DNA from: Massilia eburnea
GTDB lineage: Bacteria; Pseudomonadota; Gammaproteobacteria; Burkholderiales; Burkholderiaceae_D
Assembly (NCBI RefSeq): GCF_009720745.1
Contig: NZ_WNKX01000004.1
Location: 127,421 to 191,420, forward strand
Direction of reading: 5' to 3'
DNA: 64,000 nucleotides
Positions 42,301 to 51,335 of the stretch are shown here, in pieces (position 1 is the stretch's first letter; the number at the start of each line of letters is the position of its first letter). The notes beneath the pieces are model-generated. The model saw only the letters and a list, made by a program, of their open reading frames with translations, did not search any database and had not been told where the DNA came from. The position numbers and the translations under genes were made by a program.

Positions 42301-45300
42301 GCTGCAGCCGCCGGCGCCGCACCTGGACGCCGCGCAGCACGACCTGTTCGACTTCTGCATCGAGCGCATCCGCCAGATGCTGCAAAGCTTCGCCACCGGT
42401 GACCTGCCGCCGGAGCAGCCGGAACTGATCGAAGCGCTGCACAAGCTGCGCGACAACCTGGCGCACCCGCCGGAAGTTGGCCAGGCGCTGGACGAGCGCC
42501 TGGACAGCATCGTCGGCGCACCCTCCAGCGGCCAGCTGGAAGAGCGCCTCGACCACCTGTTCACCGACACCTATCACAGCCTGGTAGCCGAACCGCCGCC
42601 GGAGCCAGAGCGCGCAGCCAAGCCTGAGAAGCCGCTCGTCACGCAAGACGAAAACATCGACAACCTGTTCGATTCCGCTTTCGACGATGCGTTCGACGCG
42701 CCAGAGCTGACGCAGGCCGCACCGGCCGCCGAGCCGTTGCACCTGGTTTCGTCCGCCGAAGCTGCCGCGCCAGCCGTGGAAGAACCCGCAGCGCAGGCAG
42801 CGGAAACGCCTGCGCCCGCCGCCGCTGCAGAAGCGGCGGTTCAAGCTGCAGCGGTCGCCGCAGAATCCGAAGCAGAAGTCGCAGCACTGCTGGCAGAAGC
42901 CGACGCCGCGACCGCCGAAGCAGCCATCGAAGTGGACGCCATCGACGCCACCGCCCTGTCGGCCGGCGAGGCGGTCGAAGAAGACGCGGTCGACCTGGAC
43001 CACGCCAAGCCGGGCGAAGTGCAGGTAGTGGAACTGGAAGAAGGCCAGCACCTGCTGGGCGCCAGCGCCACCGACATCCACGACGAGCTTGACCCGGACC
43101 TGCTGCCGGTATTCCTGGAAGAGGGCACCGACCTGCTGCCGCAGATCGGCGAATCGCTGCGCGCCTGGCACGCCAATCCAGCCGATTTCAGCCACGCCCA
43201 CAGCCTGCAGCGCGTGCTGCACACCGTGAAGGGCAGCGCACGCATGGCCGGCGCGATGCGCCTGGGCCAGCACGCGCACGAAATCGAGACGCACATTGAA
43301 AACATGGTGCACGCAGGCAGTGCCTCCCAGCACTCGTTCGACGAGCTGATGGCGCACTATGACCACGCGCTGCTGCTGTTCGAGCAGCTGCAGAATCCGG
43401 AAGCCTATGCCGCCGCGATGGCCGCCGCGCAAGCTGCCGCCGCCGCTGCCGCCTCCCCGGCTGGCGAATCTGCCGCTGCAGCGCCTGCCGCCGATGGCGC
43501 CGCGCCTTCGCTCAGCACCCTGGCTGCGCGCCTGGCCTCGGTGCACGCGCCAATGGCCCGTGCCGAGGAACCCGACGCCGCCGCCAAGGCCTCGCCGCTG
43601 GTGCGTGTGCGCGCCGACATCTTGGACCGCCTGGTGAACCAGGCCGGTGAAGTGTCGATCACCCGTTCGCGCCTGGAAAACGAAGTTGGATCGCTGCGTA
43701 CCTCGCTGTCCGACTTCCAGGAAAACTTGAACCGCCTGCGGCGCCAGCTGCGCGAAGTCGAAATGCAGGCGGAATCGCAGATCGCCTCGCGTATGTCGAT
43801 TGCCGGCGAACGCGAATTCGACCCGCTGGAGTTCGACCGCTTTACGCGCCTGCAGGAACTGACCCGCATGATGGCCGAGTCGGTGAACGACGTGGCCTCC
43901 TTCCACGAAGGCTTGTTCCGTTCCATCGACAGCGCCTCCGGCGACTTGAACCAGCAAGCGCGTATGACGCGCGACCTGCAGCGCGACCTGATGCGCGTGC
44001 GCATGGTGCCGTTCAACAGCGTCTCCGAGCGTCTGTTCCGCGTGGCGCGCCAGGGCGCGAAAGAAACCGACAAGCGCGTCAACCTCGACATCCGCGGCGG
44101 CGGCGTTGAAATGGACCGTAGCGTTCTGGAACGCATGGCCGCGCCGTTCGAGCACCTGCTGCGTAACTCCATCGTGCACGGCATCGAGTCGCGCGAGCGC
44201 CGCGTTGAGCACGGCAAGGGCGAGACCGGCGAACTGCTGGTGCAGGTCAGCCAGCAGGGTAACGAAGTGGTGCTGGAGTTCAGCGACGACGGCGCCGGCC
44301 TGGACCTGCAACGCATCCGCGCCAAGGCGCGCAGCGTCGGCTTGCTGGCGGAAGACCAGGAAGTCAGCGATGCCGAGGCATCCAACCTGATCTTCCAGCC
44401 GGGCTTCTCCACCGCTGATGCGCTGACCGAACTGGCCGGCCGCGGCGTGGGCATGGACATTGTGCTGTCCGAGGCGCAAGCCCTGGGCGGCCGCGTGGAA
44501 ACCTTCACCGAAGCCGGCAAGGGCACCCGCTTTACCATCCGCCTGCCGCTGACGCTGGCTGTGACCCAGGTGGTGCTGATCTCCGCCGGTGGCCGCACCT
44601 ATGCCGTGCCGGCGCTGATGGTGGAACAGGTCCTGCAGATGAAAGAAGGTGCGCTGGCCGATGCCACCGCCAAGGGCGCCGTGGTGCACCATGGCCAGCA
44701 CGTCCCGCTGCGCTACCTGGCGACCCTGCTGGGCGACAGCGAAGCGCGCCCGCTGCTGCAGCGTTCCTCGCCCGTGATGATGCTGCGTAACGGCGCTGAC
44801 CGCGTGGCGCTGCACGTCGACGAGATCCTCGGCAACCGCGAGGTGGTTATCAAGAACATTGGCCCGCAGCTGTCGCGCATGGCCGGCATTGCCGGCGCAA
44901 CCGTGCTGGGTTCGGGCGAGATCGTCCTGATCCTCAATCCGGTGGCGCTGCAGCTGCATGTGGCGCAGCATCCGGAACTGGCGCCGCGCACGGCGGCCAC
45001 TCCGGCGCCGGCGCCGGCTGGCGGCGTGGTCGAACCGATCGCACCGACGCGCGCCCATGGCGTGGTCATGGTGGTGGACGATTCGCTCACCGTGCGCAAG
45101 GTGACCCAGCGCCTGCTGGAGCGCGAAGGCTACACCGTCATGCTGGCCAAGGACGGCGTGGATGCGCTGGAGCAGATGCAGGACCGCCTGCCGGAACTGA
45201 TGCTGGTCGACATCGAGATGCCGCGCATGGACGGCTTCGACTTGACCCGCAACGTACGCGGCGACGAACGCACCAAAGAGATCCCGATCATCATGATCAC

Positions 45301-45427
45301 CTCGCGTTCGGCGGACAAGCACCGCAACTACGCGCTGCAGCTGGGCGTGAACGCCTACTTCGGTAAGCCGTTCCAGGAAGACATCCTCTTGGGCGCTATC
45401 GCAGGGCTGCTGCCGCAAAGCCGCTGA
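39311..45427 (+). CDS. chpA: ChpA multi-Hpt CheA-like hybrid histidine kinase with C-terminal receiver
   Basis: Several Hpt motifs (SFHTLKGSSRMVG, VHTLTGTSGTVG, VLHTVKGSARMAG), CheA dimerisation/ATPase (GRGVGMDIV), CheW-like domain, and receiver (MVVDDSLTVRK...DIEMPRMDGFDL...GKPF). Confidence 0.85.
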   Translation: MSKPDLSFTALPQYDTGPLSWVMGEIREALARSRTALFEAGGRDPEDQTTALMHAKSHLHQAHGALQMVDVDGVALLTQLAEVVLDRMRDGTLKCTPDHVQLLANMYQALTEFLEELLAGAPFQPVRLFPFFRDIQDLLGIDRVHPADLFFPDVSHVPELPAALPAAGMPAGEPDYKALRQRFERALLPYLKAADAGSQAIHAAALQAAITDVADQQREYKPRVFWRAMQAFAELVVGGQQESNRYVKQLFGLINLQLRRLSAGSPELPDNVLREALFFVASADPETLPPLARQLRAGYALDGMVPHDFESRRYGNIDDASLAAAKDGIAHARSVWQRLEQNENTAELNNDFEQSLAKVAESSDKLGLGALAALLRQLADSARATAGSRRSEALGLEMATALLFAEHGIAQIRHLPDDFNAHADTIAARLKALQGGGAAPEPAQWQGGLARQLHEDDTVVALAQEMKSGLRQVEKVLDEYYTDPAQRTSLGELDKVLHQLHGACAILDQDDAMNAAAHVRIEIGRLATGQFDEAHESKALSDIAQNVGALGFFVDMLAQNPSGARERFAFDPEQGTFRAVPFKKISGPESIPVLEEALPEPEAAPEPVLTAPVPEASAAGDEQVEAELLEIFIGEAQEVLAFVRETLARPHAEISNLDTQTMLRRSFHTLKGSSRMVGLNRFGDGAHAIEKVMNLFLAEERKPTEALFGLLNYAAEEMSAWVDELATTGNSARQEQPIVDAATCVQEGGPFERPAAGTQAAAPVAAAPAAEAAAAPVAEPEAETAAADAAEEIIAAPLPHDGELVLEELSFEEPPAEPAIEPTPVADSQAPAADAPFDFAALDSELSLALPEAEAPAALEPAHSELGADLPVAEYVEGEPAADLQLEAAEDAAPARPTNVIDFPTATAPTPPAPPAEDNMKFVGRLAIPLPLYNIYMAETDELVRHISRDFGEWRHEQRAVNPEALQAVHTLTGTSGTVGFKPLRELSYALETTLQQLQPPAPHLDAAQHDLFDFCIERIRQMLQSFATGDLPPEQPELIEALHKLRDNLAHPPEVGQALDERLDSIVGAPSSGQLEERLDHLFTDTYHSLVAEPPPEPERAAKPEKPLVTQDENIDNLFDSAFDDAFDAPELTQAAPAAEPLHLVSSAEAAAPAVEEPAAQAAETPAPAAAAEAAVQAAAVAAESEAEVAALLAEADAATAEAAIEVDAIDATALSAGEAVEEDAVDLDHAKPGEVQVVELEEGQHLLGASATDIHDELDPDLLPVFLEEGTDLLPQIGESLRAWHANPADFSHAHSLQRVLHTVKGSARMAGAMRLGQHAHEIETHIENMVHAGSASQHSFDELMAHYDHALLLFEQLQNPEAYAAAMAAAQAAAAAAASPAGESAAAAPAADGAAPSLSTLAARLASVHAPMARAEEPDAAAKASPLVRVRADILDRLVNQAGEVSITRSRLENEVGSLRTSLSDFQENLNRLRRQLREVEMQAESQIASRMSIAGEREFDPLEFDRFTRLQELTRMMAESVNDVASFHEGLFRSIDSASGDLNQQARMTRDLQRDLMRVRMVPFNSVSERLFRVARQGAKETDKRVNLDIRGGGVEMDRSVLERMAAPFEHLLRNSIVHGIESRERRVEHGKGETGELLVQVSQQGNEVVLEFSDDGAGLDLQRIRAKARSVGLLAEDQEVSDAEASNLIFQPGFSTADALTELAGRGVGMDIVLSEAQALGGRVETFTEAGKGTRFTIRLPLTLAVTQVVLISAGGRTYAVPALMVEQVLQMKEGALADATAKGAVVHHGQHVPLRYLATLLGDSEARPLLQRSSPVMMLRNGADRVALHVDEILGNREVVIKNIGPQLSRMAGIAGATVLGSGEIVLILNPVALQLHVAQHPELAPRTAATPAPAPAGGVVEPIAPTRAHGVVMVVDDSLTVRKVTQRLLEREGYTVMLAKDGVDALEQMQDRLPELMLVDIEMPRMDGFDLTRNVRGDERTKEIPIIMITSRSADKHRNYALQLGVNAYFGKPFQEDILLGAIAGLLPQSR

Positions 45428-45446
45428 GGTTTGCGATGCCAGACAC

Positions 45447-45477
45447 AAAGGCAGGCGTTCGCGCCTGCCTTTTTTAT
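45447..45477 (+). terminator. Rho-independent terminator closing the pilG-chpA operon
   Basis: aaaggcaggcg-ttc-gcgcctgcc hairpin followed by ttttttat. Confidence 0.55.
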
Positions 45478-45486
45478 GTTCTCCCT

Positions 45487-46050
45487 ATGCGCGCGTTCAA
45501 ATTCCTTGCATTGATTGTTGCCGGCTTGTTCCTGGCTTGCGCGGGCCTGCTCGCTGCCGCCGGATGCGCCGACAAACTGGTGCCGGCGGATCTGATCGTT
45601 GTGCCGGGAAACACCGTGGCGCCGGACGGTACGCCCAGCCCAAGGCTGCGGGCGCGGCTCGACGTCGCGCTGAAGGTCTATCGCGACTTTGGCGCCCGAC
45701 GCATTTTTGTCAGCGGCGGCATCGGCAAGGAGGGCTTTGACGAAGCGGTGGTCATGGCCGACTACCTGAAGGCGAACGGCGTTCCCGCGGCAGTCATCGT
45801 CGTTGACAGCCGGGGCCTCGATACGCAGGCCACGGCCCGCAACGCGGCAGCCTATATGCGCGCGAATGGGCTGCGTTCCGCCCTGGTGGCGACACAATAC
45901 TTCCACGTGCCGCGCACCCGGTTCGCGCTCGAGCGCGCAGGCGTGCATGTGGCGGGCCATGCCCACGCACGATTTGTGGAGATGCGCGACCTGTACTCGA
46001 TTGCGAGGGAAGTCGTCGGTTTGATTTCCTACTTCTTCACGACTTCGTAG
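45487..46050 (+). CDS. DUF218 (YdcF/ElyC/SanA-like) exported protein
   Basis: N-terminal hydrophobic anchor, then ...DLIVVPGNTV...PSPRLRARLDVALKVYRDFGARRIFVSGG... Start at MRAFKF, downstream of the terminator. Confidence 0.6.
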   Translation: MRAFKFLALIVAGLFLACAGLLAAAGCADKLVPADLIVVPGNTVAPDGTPSPRLRARLDVALKVYRDFGARRIFVSGGIGKEGFDEAVVMADYLKANGVPAAVIVVDSRGLDTQATARNAAAYMRANGLRSALVATQYFHVPRTRFALERAGVHVAGHAHARFVEMRDLYSIAREVVGLISYFFTTS

Positions 46051-47411
46051 CGCTCGAGCGTGCGCTTGCGCGCTTGATCGTGATCGACGATTGGATCGCG
46101 CGGTAGGTGTATTTCCTTCGGCGACAGGCCCGCCAACTGCGGCAGGTAGCGCTTGATGAACTTCCCCTCCGGGTCGAACTTCTGTGACTGCGTCACCGGA
46201 TTGAAGATCCGGAAGTAAGGCTGTGCGTCGCAGCCTGAAGACGATGCCCACTGCCAGCCGCCATTGTTGGACGACAGCTCGAAATCATTGAGGTGCAGCG
46301 CGAAATAAGCTTCGCCGCGGCGCCAGTCGATGCCGAGGTCCTTGCACAGGAAGGAGGCCACGACCATGCGCAGGCGGTTGTGCATATATCCGGTGCGGTT
46401 CAGCTGCAGCATGGCCGCATCCACCAGCGGATAACCGGTACGGCCTTCGCACCAGGCGGCAAACAGCTCATCGGCCTCCGCACCGGATTCCCATTCGATC
46501 CGGTCGTAAGCGGGCTTGAAGGCGCTGTCCACCACATGCGGATGGTGGTACAGGATCTGCATGTAGAACTCGCGCCAGATCAGCTCCGACAGCCAAACCG
46601 CGCCGCCTTCGCCGGCCGCGCCGCGCGCCGACATGGTCATCACGGTGCGCACCAGGTGGCGGATCGACACCGTGCCGAAGCGCAAGTGCATCGACAGGTA
46701 GGACGGCCCTTTCAGCGCAGGGTAGTCGCGCGCCACGCCATAGTCGGCGATGCGGCCCAGGAAGTCCTCGAATAGCGCCGGGCCATTGCCGATGCCGAGT
46801 TCGCGCAGCCTGGTGCGTTCAAAGCCCAGCGCCTCGAGCGCGGGCAGCGTGCTGCGCCCTGGCGCGAAGCGGCCGCGCTGGTGCGCGCTTCCTGGCTCCA
46901 CCGTCCACGGCGACAGCACCGAAGGTTCTGCCTCCAGCTTGCGCAGCCAGGCGTTCTTGTACGGCGTGAAGACCGAGAACGGCTGGCCGCCCTGCGTCAG
47001 GACTTGGTCGCGCTCGAATATGACCTGGTCCTTGAAGGTGTGCAGCTGCCGGCCTGCCGCACGCAAGGCCGCGCCGACCGCCGCGTCGCGGGCGATGGCC
47101 GCGGGCTCGTAGTCATGGTTGGCGAACACCGCTTCAACGCCGAGTTCAGCGGCGAGCTCGGGAATTGCCTTCTCGGCAATGTTATGCAGAACGATCAAGT
47201 GCCCGCCGGCTGCCTCGAGCTCAGCCGCAAGACTTGTCAGGCTGTCATGAATGAACTCGACGCGCCGGTCCGCGCTGGGCAGGGCATCCAGGATGGCGCG
47301 GTCGAAAATAAAGGCACAGTACACTGTCTCGGCAGAGGCAAGGGCGTGGTGCAAGGCGGCGTGGTCGAAGAGCCTTAGGTCACGGCGCAACCAGACGAGG
47401 GCGTTTTTCAT
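46029..47411 (-). CDS. phrB: Deoxyribodipyrimidine photolyase (cryptochrome/photolyase family)
   Basis: MKNALVWLRRDLRLFDHAALHHA... and C-terminal FAD-binding motifs (...GWMHNRLRMVVASFL...). Confidence 0.8.
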   Translation of the reverse strand: MKNALVWLRRDLRLFDHAALHHALASAETVYCAFIFDRAILDALPSADRRVEFIHDSLTSLAAELEAAGGHLIVLHNIAEKAIPELAAELGVEAVFANHDYEPAAIARDAAVGAALRAAGRQLHTFKDQVIFERDQVLTQGGQPFSVFTPYKNAWLRKLEAEPSVLSPWTVEPGSAHQRGRFAPGRSTLPALEALGFERTRLRELGIGNGPALFEDFLGRIADYGVARDYPALKGPSYLSMHLRFGTVSIRHLVRTVMTMSARGAAGEGGAVWLSELIWREFYMQILYHHPHVVDSAFKPAYDRIEWESGAEADELFAAWCEGRTGYPLVDAAMLQLNRTGYMHNRLRMVVASFLCKDLGIDWRRGEAYFALHLNDFELSSNNGGWQWASSSGCDAQPYFRIFNPVTQSQKFDPEGKFIKRYLPQLAGLSPKEIHLPRDPIVDHDQARKRTLERYEVVKK

Positions 47412-47595
47412 GGCTGGATCAGCAATTCATAGTAAACTGTGGGTATATCCGACAGTTGCAGCGCGGATATTACAGTAAAGAACTCTTAACATCCCTGCAT
47501 TGAGGGCAATCATGAAAAAAGTCAAATTGACCAGAAGCATGCCTGTGCCGGGATTGTTACCGGAAACTAGTGAACTGAAGGAGCTAAAGGCGCCT

Positions 47596-48171
47596 ATGAC
47601 TGCCCCTGCGCTCAACCTGGCAAATCATTTTCTGATTGCCATGCCATCCATGCAAGACCCGATTTTCGGCGGTACGGTCGTGTATGTATGCGAACACAAC
47701 GAGAACGGCGTGCTGGGCGTCGTGATCAACAAACCGACCGACATGACCATGGAAGTGCTGTTCGACCGGATCGATATCGAAGTATCGTCCGCCGCCGACC
47801 GCCACATGGAGTCGGAACCGATCATGTTCGGCGGCCCGGTGCAGGATGACCGCGGCTTCGTGCTGCACACGCCGGGCGCGCACTATTCGTCTTCGCTGAC
47901 GGTGACCAACGACGTGGCCTTCACCACCTCGATCGACGTGCTGGAAGCGGTGGCCCGCGGCCAGGGGCCGGAACGCATGATGGTGTCGATCGGCTACGCG
48001 GGCTGGAGTCCCGGCCAGCTGGAAGACGAACTGGCACGCAATGGCTGGCTGACCGTGGCCGCCGATCCGCGCATCGTGTTCGATGTGCCGATCGAAGACC
48101 GCTACCAGGCCGCCATCAAGCTGCTGGGCTTCGACCCCCTGATGCTTAACTCTGAAGCGGGTCATGCATAG
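47596..48171 (+). CDS. yqgE: YqgE/AlgH family protein (UPF0301)
   Basis: ...NHFLIAMPSMQDPIFGGTVVYVCEHNENGVLGVVINKP... Start placed at MTAP by alignment logic with E. coli YqgE; an earlier in-frame ATG at 47512 is possible. Confidence 0.7.
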   Translation: MTAPALNLANHFLIAMPSMQDPIFGGTVVYVCEHNENGVLGVVINKPTDMTMEVLFDRIDIEVSSAADRHMESEPIMFGGPVQDDRGFVLHTPGAHYSSSLTVTNDVAFTTSIDVLEAVARGQGPERMMVSIGYAGWSPGQLEDELARNGWLTVAADPRIVFDVPIEDRYQAAIKLLGFDPLMLNSEAGHA

Positions 48172-48562
48172 TCCGGAAACTGTTTTAGGCTTCGACTTCG
48201 GCATCAAACGCGTTGGTGTCGCAATGGGAAACACGATGATCGGCCAGGCCACCCCCCTGGCCGTCATTCAATCCACAGTCAACGATGCACGCTTCGCCGA
48301 GATCAAGGCCCTGATCGACAAATGGGGGCCGACGAAACTGGTGGTGGGCCTGCCTTTCCATCCGGACGGGGCAGAGCACGACATGACGGCGCGCTGCCGC
48401 AAGTTCGCCAACCAGTTGAACGGCCGATTCAATCTTCCCGTGGTGATGGTCGACGAGCGCTACTCGTCGGCGATGATTCCCGCCAAACGCGGCGAACTCA
48501 TTGACGACCGCGCCGCCGCCATCATCCTCCAACAATACTTTGACGAATATGTCCCACATTGA
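48164..48562 (+). CDS. ruvX: Holliday-junction resolvase-like pre-16S rRNA nuclease YqgF/RuvX
   Basis: VLGFDFGIKRVGVAMGN... RNase H-like. Confidence 0.85.
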   Translation: MHSPETVLGFDFGIKRVGVAMGNTMIGQATPLAVIQSTVNDARFAEIKALIDKWGPTKLVVGLPFHPDGAEHDMTARCRKFANQLNGRFNLPVVMVDERYSSAMIPAKRGELIDDRAAAIILQQYFDEYVPH

Positions 48563-49070
48563 TCCCCAACAGCTGGATGCCGAAGCGCTGTATGCCAGCC
48601 TGCTCGAGCAGGTCAAGGCCGGCATCGCCGGCGCCAACGACCCCGCCATCGTCGGCATTCACTCCGGCGGCGCCTGGATCGCCGAGCGCCTGGCCAAGGA
48701 CCTGAACCTCAGCGCGCGCCTGGGCGTACTGGACGTGTCTTTCTACCGCGACGATTACGCGAAGAAAGGCCTGCCGCACGAAGTGAAGCCGACCCATATC
48801 GGCTTCGACGTGAACGGCGCCACCATCGTGCTGGTGGACGACGTGCTCTATACCGGCCGCACAACGCGCGCCGCCATCAACGAACTGTTCGACTACGGCC
48901 GCCCGGCGCGCATCATGCTCGCCTCGCTGGTGGACCGCGGCGAACGCCAATTGCCGGTAGCTGCCGATTTCGTGGCGGCCCACACCCGCTGCGCGCAAGG
49001 CCAGGCCCTGCGCCTGCAGCAGGCCGGCGACGGAAAGTTTTCCCTGACTATTGAACAGAACCATGCTTAA
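48549..49070 (+). CDS. pyrR: Bifunctional pyrimidine regulatory protein / uracil phosphoribosyltransferase PyrR
   Basis: PRTase motif [17 protein letters not shown]. Start at MSHIDP. Confidence 0.85.
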   Translation: MSHIDPQQLDAEALYASLLEQVKAGIAGANDPAIVGIHSGGAWIAERLAKDLNLSARLGVLDVSFYRDDYAKKGLPHEVKPTHIGFDVNGATIVLVDDVLYTGRTTRAAINELFDYGRPARIMLASLVDRGERQLPVAADFVAAHTRCAQGQALRLQQAGDGKFSLTIEQNHA

Positions 49071-50028
49071 TCCGCAACTCAACAAACACGGCGAGCTTCA
49101 GCACCTGCTGACGACCGAGGGCCTGCCCAAGGCCATCATCAACCAGATCCTCGATACCGCCTCCTCGTTCGTGTCCGTGTCGGACCGCGAAGTGAAGAAG
49201 GTCCCGCTGATGCGCGGCAAGAGCGTGTTCAACCTGTTCTTCGAGAATTCCACCCGTACCCGCACCACCTTCGAGATCGCGGCCAAGCGCCTGTCGGCCG
49301 ACGTGATCAACCTGAATATCGCGGCGTCTTCCGCCAGCAAGGGCGAATCACTGCTCGACACCATCGACAACCTGTCGGCCATGCACGCCGATATGTTCGT
49401 AGTGCGCCACTCGCAATCGGGCGCGCCCTACCTGATCGCCAAGCACCTGCACGACACGAAGCAGAACCACGTGCACGTGGTGAATGCGGGCGACGGCCGC
49501 CATGCGCACCCGACGCAGGGCCTGCTGGACATGTACACCATCCGCCACTACAAGAAGGATTTCACCAACCTGCGCGTGGCAATCGTGGGCGACATCCTGC
49601 ACAGCCGCGTGGCCCGTTCCGACATCCACGCCCTGACTACGCTGGGCGTGCCGGAAATCCGCGCCATCGGCCCGCACACCCTGCTGCCGGGCGGCCTGGA
49701 GCAGCTGGGCGTGCGCACCTTCACCAATATGGATGAAGGCCTGAAGGACGTCGACGTGATCATCATGCTGCGCCTGCAGAACGAGCGCATGAGCGGCGCG
49801 CTGCTGCCGTCCGCCGGCGAGTACTTCCGCGCCTACGGCCTGACACCGGAGCGCCTGGCGCTGGCCAAGCCGGACGCCATCGTGATGCACCCGGGCCCGA
49901 TGAACCGCGGCGTGGAGATCGATTCCGCCGTGGCCGACGGCCCGCAGGCGGTGATCCTGTCGCAGGTCACCTTCGGTATCGCAGTCCGCATGGCGGTGAT
50001 GAGCATCCTGGCAGGCACGCAAGCATAA
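49051..50028 (+). CDS. pyrB: Aspartate carbamoyltransferase catalytic subunit
   Basis: [21 protein letters not shown] and HPGP motifs. Confidence 0.9.
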   Translation: MNRTMLNPQLNKHGELQHLLTTEGLPKAIINQILDTASSFVSVSDREVKKVPLMRGKSVFNLFFENSTRTRTTFEIAAKRLSADVINLNIAASSASKGESLLDTIDNLSAMHADMFVVRHSQSGAPYLIAKHLHDTKQNHVHVVNAGDGRHAHPTQGLLDMYTIRHYKKDFTNLRVAIVGDILHSRVARSDIHALTTLGVPEIRAIGPHTLLPGGLEQLGVRTFTNMDEGLKDVDVIIMLRLQNERMSGALLPSAGEYFRAYGLTPERLALAKPDAIVMHPGPMNRGVEIDSAVADGPQAVILSQVTFGIAVRMAVMSILAGTQA

Positions 50029-50030
50029 AC

Positions 50031-51335
50031 ATGAACGTACTTATCCAAAACGGCCGACTGATCGATCCGGCCAACAAGATCGATTCCAAACAAGACCTGT
50101 ACATCGTGGACGGCAAGGTTGCCGCCATCGGCAGCGCACCGGCCGGCTTCAAGGCCGAGCGCACCATCGACGCCGCCGGCAAGGTGGTGGCGCCGGGCCT
50201 GGTGGACCTGTCGGCGCGCCTGCGCGAGCCGGGCTTTGAATACAAGGCCACGCTGAAATCGGAAATGCAGGCGGCAGTGCAGGGCGGCGTGACCTCCCTG
50301 GTCTGTCCGCCCGACACCGACCCCGTACTCGACGAGCCGGGCCTGGTCGAAATGCTGAAGCACCGCGCCAATGCGCTGAACCAGGCCCACGTGCATCCGC
50401 TGGGCGCACTGACCCACGGCCTGAAAGGCGAAGCGCTGACCGAACTGGTGGAACTGACCGGCGCCGGCTGCATCGGCTTCTCGCAAGCCGAAACGCCGAT
50501 CAAGGACACCACCGTACTGCAGCGCTGCATGCAGTATGCCGCCACCTTCGGCTTCACCATCTGGCTGCGTCCGCAGGATGCCTGGATCGGCCGCGGCGGC
50601 GTGGCCAATAGCGGCCCCCTGGCGTCGCGCCTGGGCCTGTCGGGCGTGCCGGTGATGGCCGAGACCATTGCCCTGCACACCATCTTCGAGCTGATGCGCT
50701 CGACCGGCGCCAAGGTCCACCTGTGCCGCATGTCGTCCGCCGCCGGCCTGGAACTGGTGCGCGCCGCCAAGGCCGAAGGCCTGCCGATCACTTGCGACGT
50801 GGGCGCGCACCACGTGCACCTGACCGATACCGACATCAATTTCTTCGATTCCAACGCGCGCATCGACCCGCCGTTGCGCACCCAGCGCGACCGCGAAGCG
50901 ATCCGCGCGGGCCTGCTGGACGGCACCATCGACGCCATGTGCTCCGACCACACGCCGTGCGACGACGATGAAAAGCTGCTGCCGTTCGGCGAAGCCTCGC
51001 CTGGCGCCACCGGCCTGGAATTGCTGCTGTCGCTGGCCGTCAAATGGGCCGACGACTATGCCGGCGCGCATGGCCAGGATGACGCACTGTCCCGTGCACT
51101 GGCACGCGTCACCAGCGAAGCCGCGCGCGTGGCCGGCCTGGCGCAAGCCGGCCAGCTGGGCGTGGGCAGCGTGGCCGACGTAGTGGTGTTCGATCCGGCG
51201 GCGCGCTGGACCGTCACCGGCAGCGCGCTCGCGAGCCAGGGCAAGCACACGCCATTCCTCGGCTATGAGCTGGCAGGCCAGGTGCAGGCGACCATCGTCG
51301 CCGGCAAAGTGGCCTACGAACGCAATGGACGCTAA
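50031..51335 (+). CDS. Dihydroorotase-like protein (PyrC', non-catalytic ATCase partner type)
   Basis: Amidohydrolase fold, but the N-terminal metal-binding HxH is replaced: PGLVDLSARLREPG (near nt 50200-50245) where catalytic DHOases have DxHxH. Confidence 0.75.
   Translation: MNVLIQNGRLIDPANKIDSKQDLYIVDGKVAAIGSAPAGFKAERTIDAAGKVVAPGLVDLSARLREPGFEYKATLKSEMQAAVQGGVTSLVCPPDTDPVLDEPGLVEMLKHRANALNQAHVHPLGALTHGLKGEALTELVELTGAGCIGFSQAETPIKDTTVLQRCMQYAATFGFTIWLRPQDAWIGRGGVANSGPLASRLGLSGVPVMAETIALHTIFELMRSTGAKVHLCRMSSAAGLELVRAAKAEGLPITCDVGAHHVHLTDTDINFFDSNARIDPPLRTQRDREAIRAGLLDGTIDAMCSDHTPCDDDEKLLPFGEASPGATGLELLLSLAVKWADDYAGAHGQDDALSRALARVTSEAARVAGLAQAGQLGVGSVADVVVFDPAARWTVTGSALASQGKHTPFLGYELAGQVQATIVAGKVAYERNGR

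Noticed and set aside
39398-45448. 2016-aa ORF antisense to chpA
   Set aside because: Mirror ORF of a GC-rich, Ala-rich gene. The translated product is low-complexity R/A/G-rich with no domains, whereas the plus-strand frame encodes recognisable Hpt/CheA/receiver domains.
45436-45486. Extended N-terminus of the DUF218 ORF
   Set aside because: The extension overlaps the chpA terminator hairpin. The ATG at 45487 begins the hydrophobic signal/anchor typical of the family.
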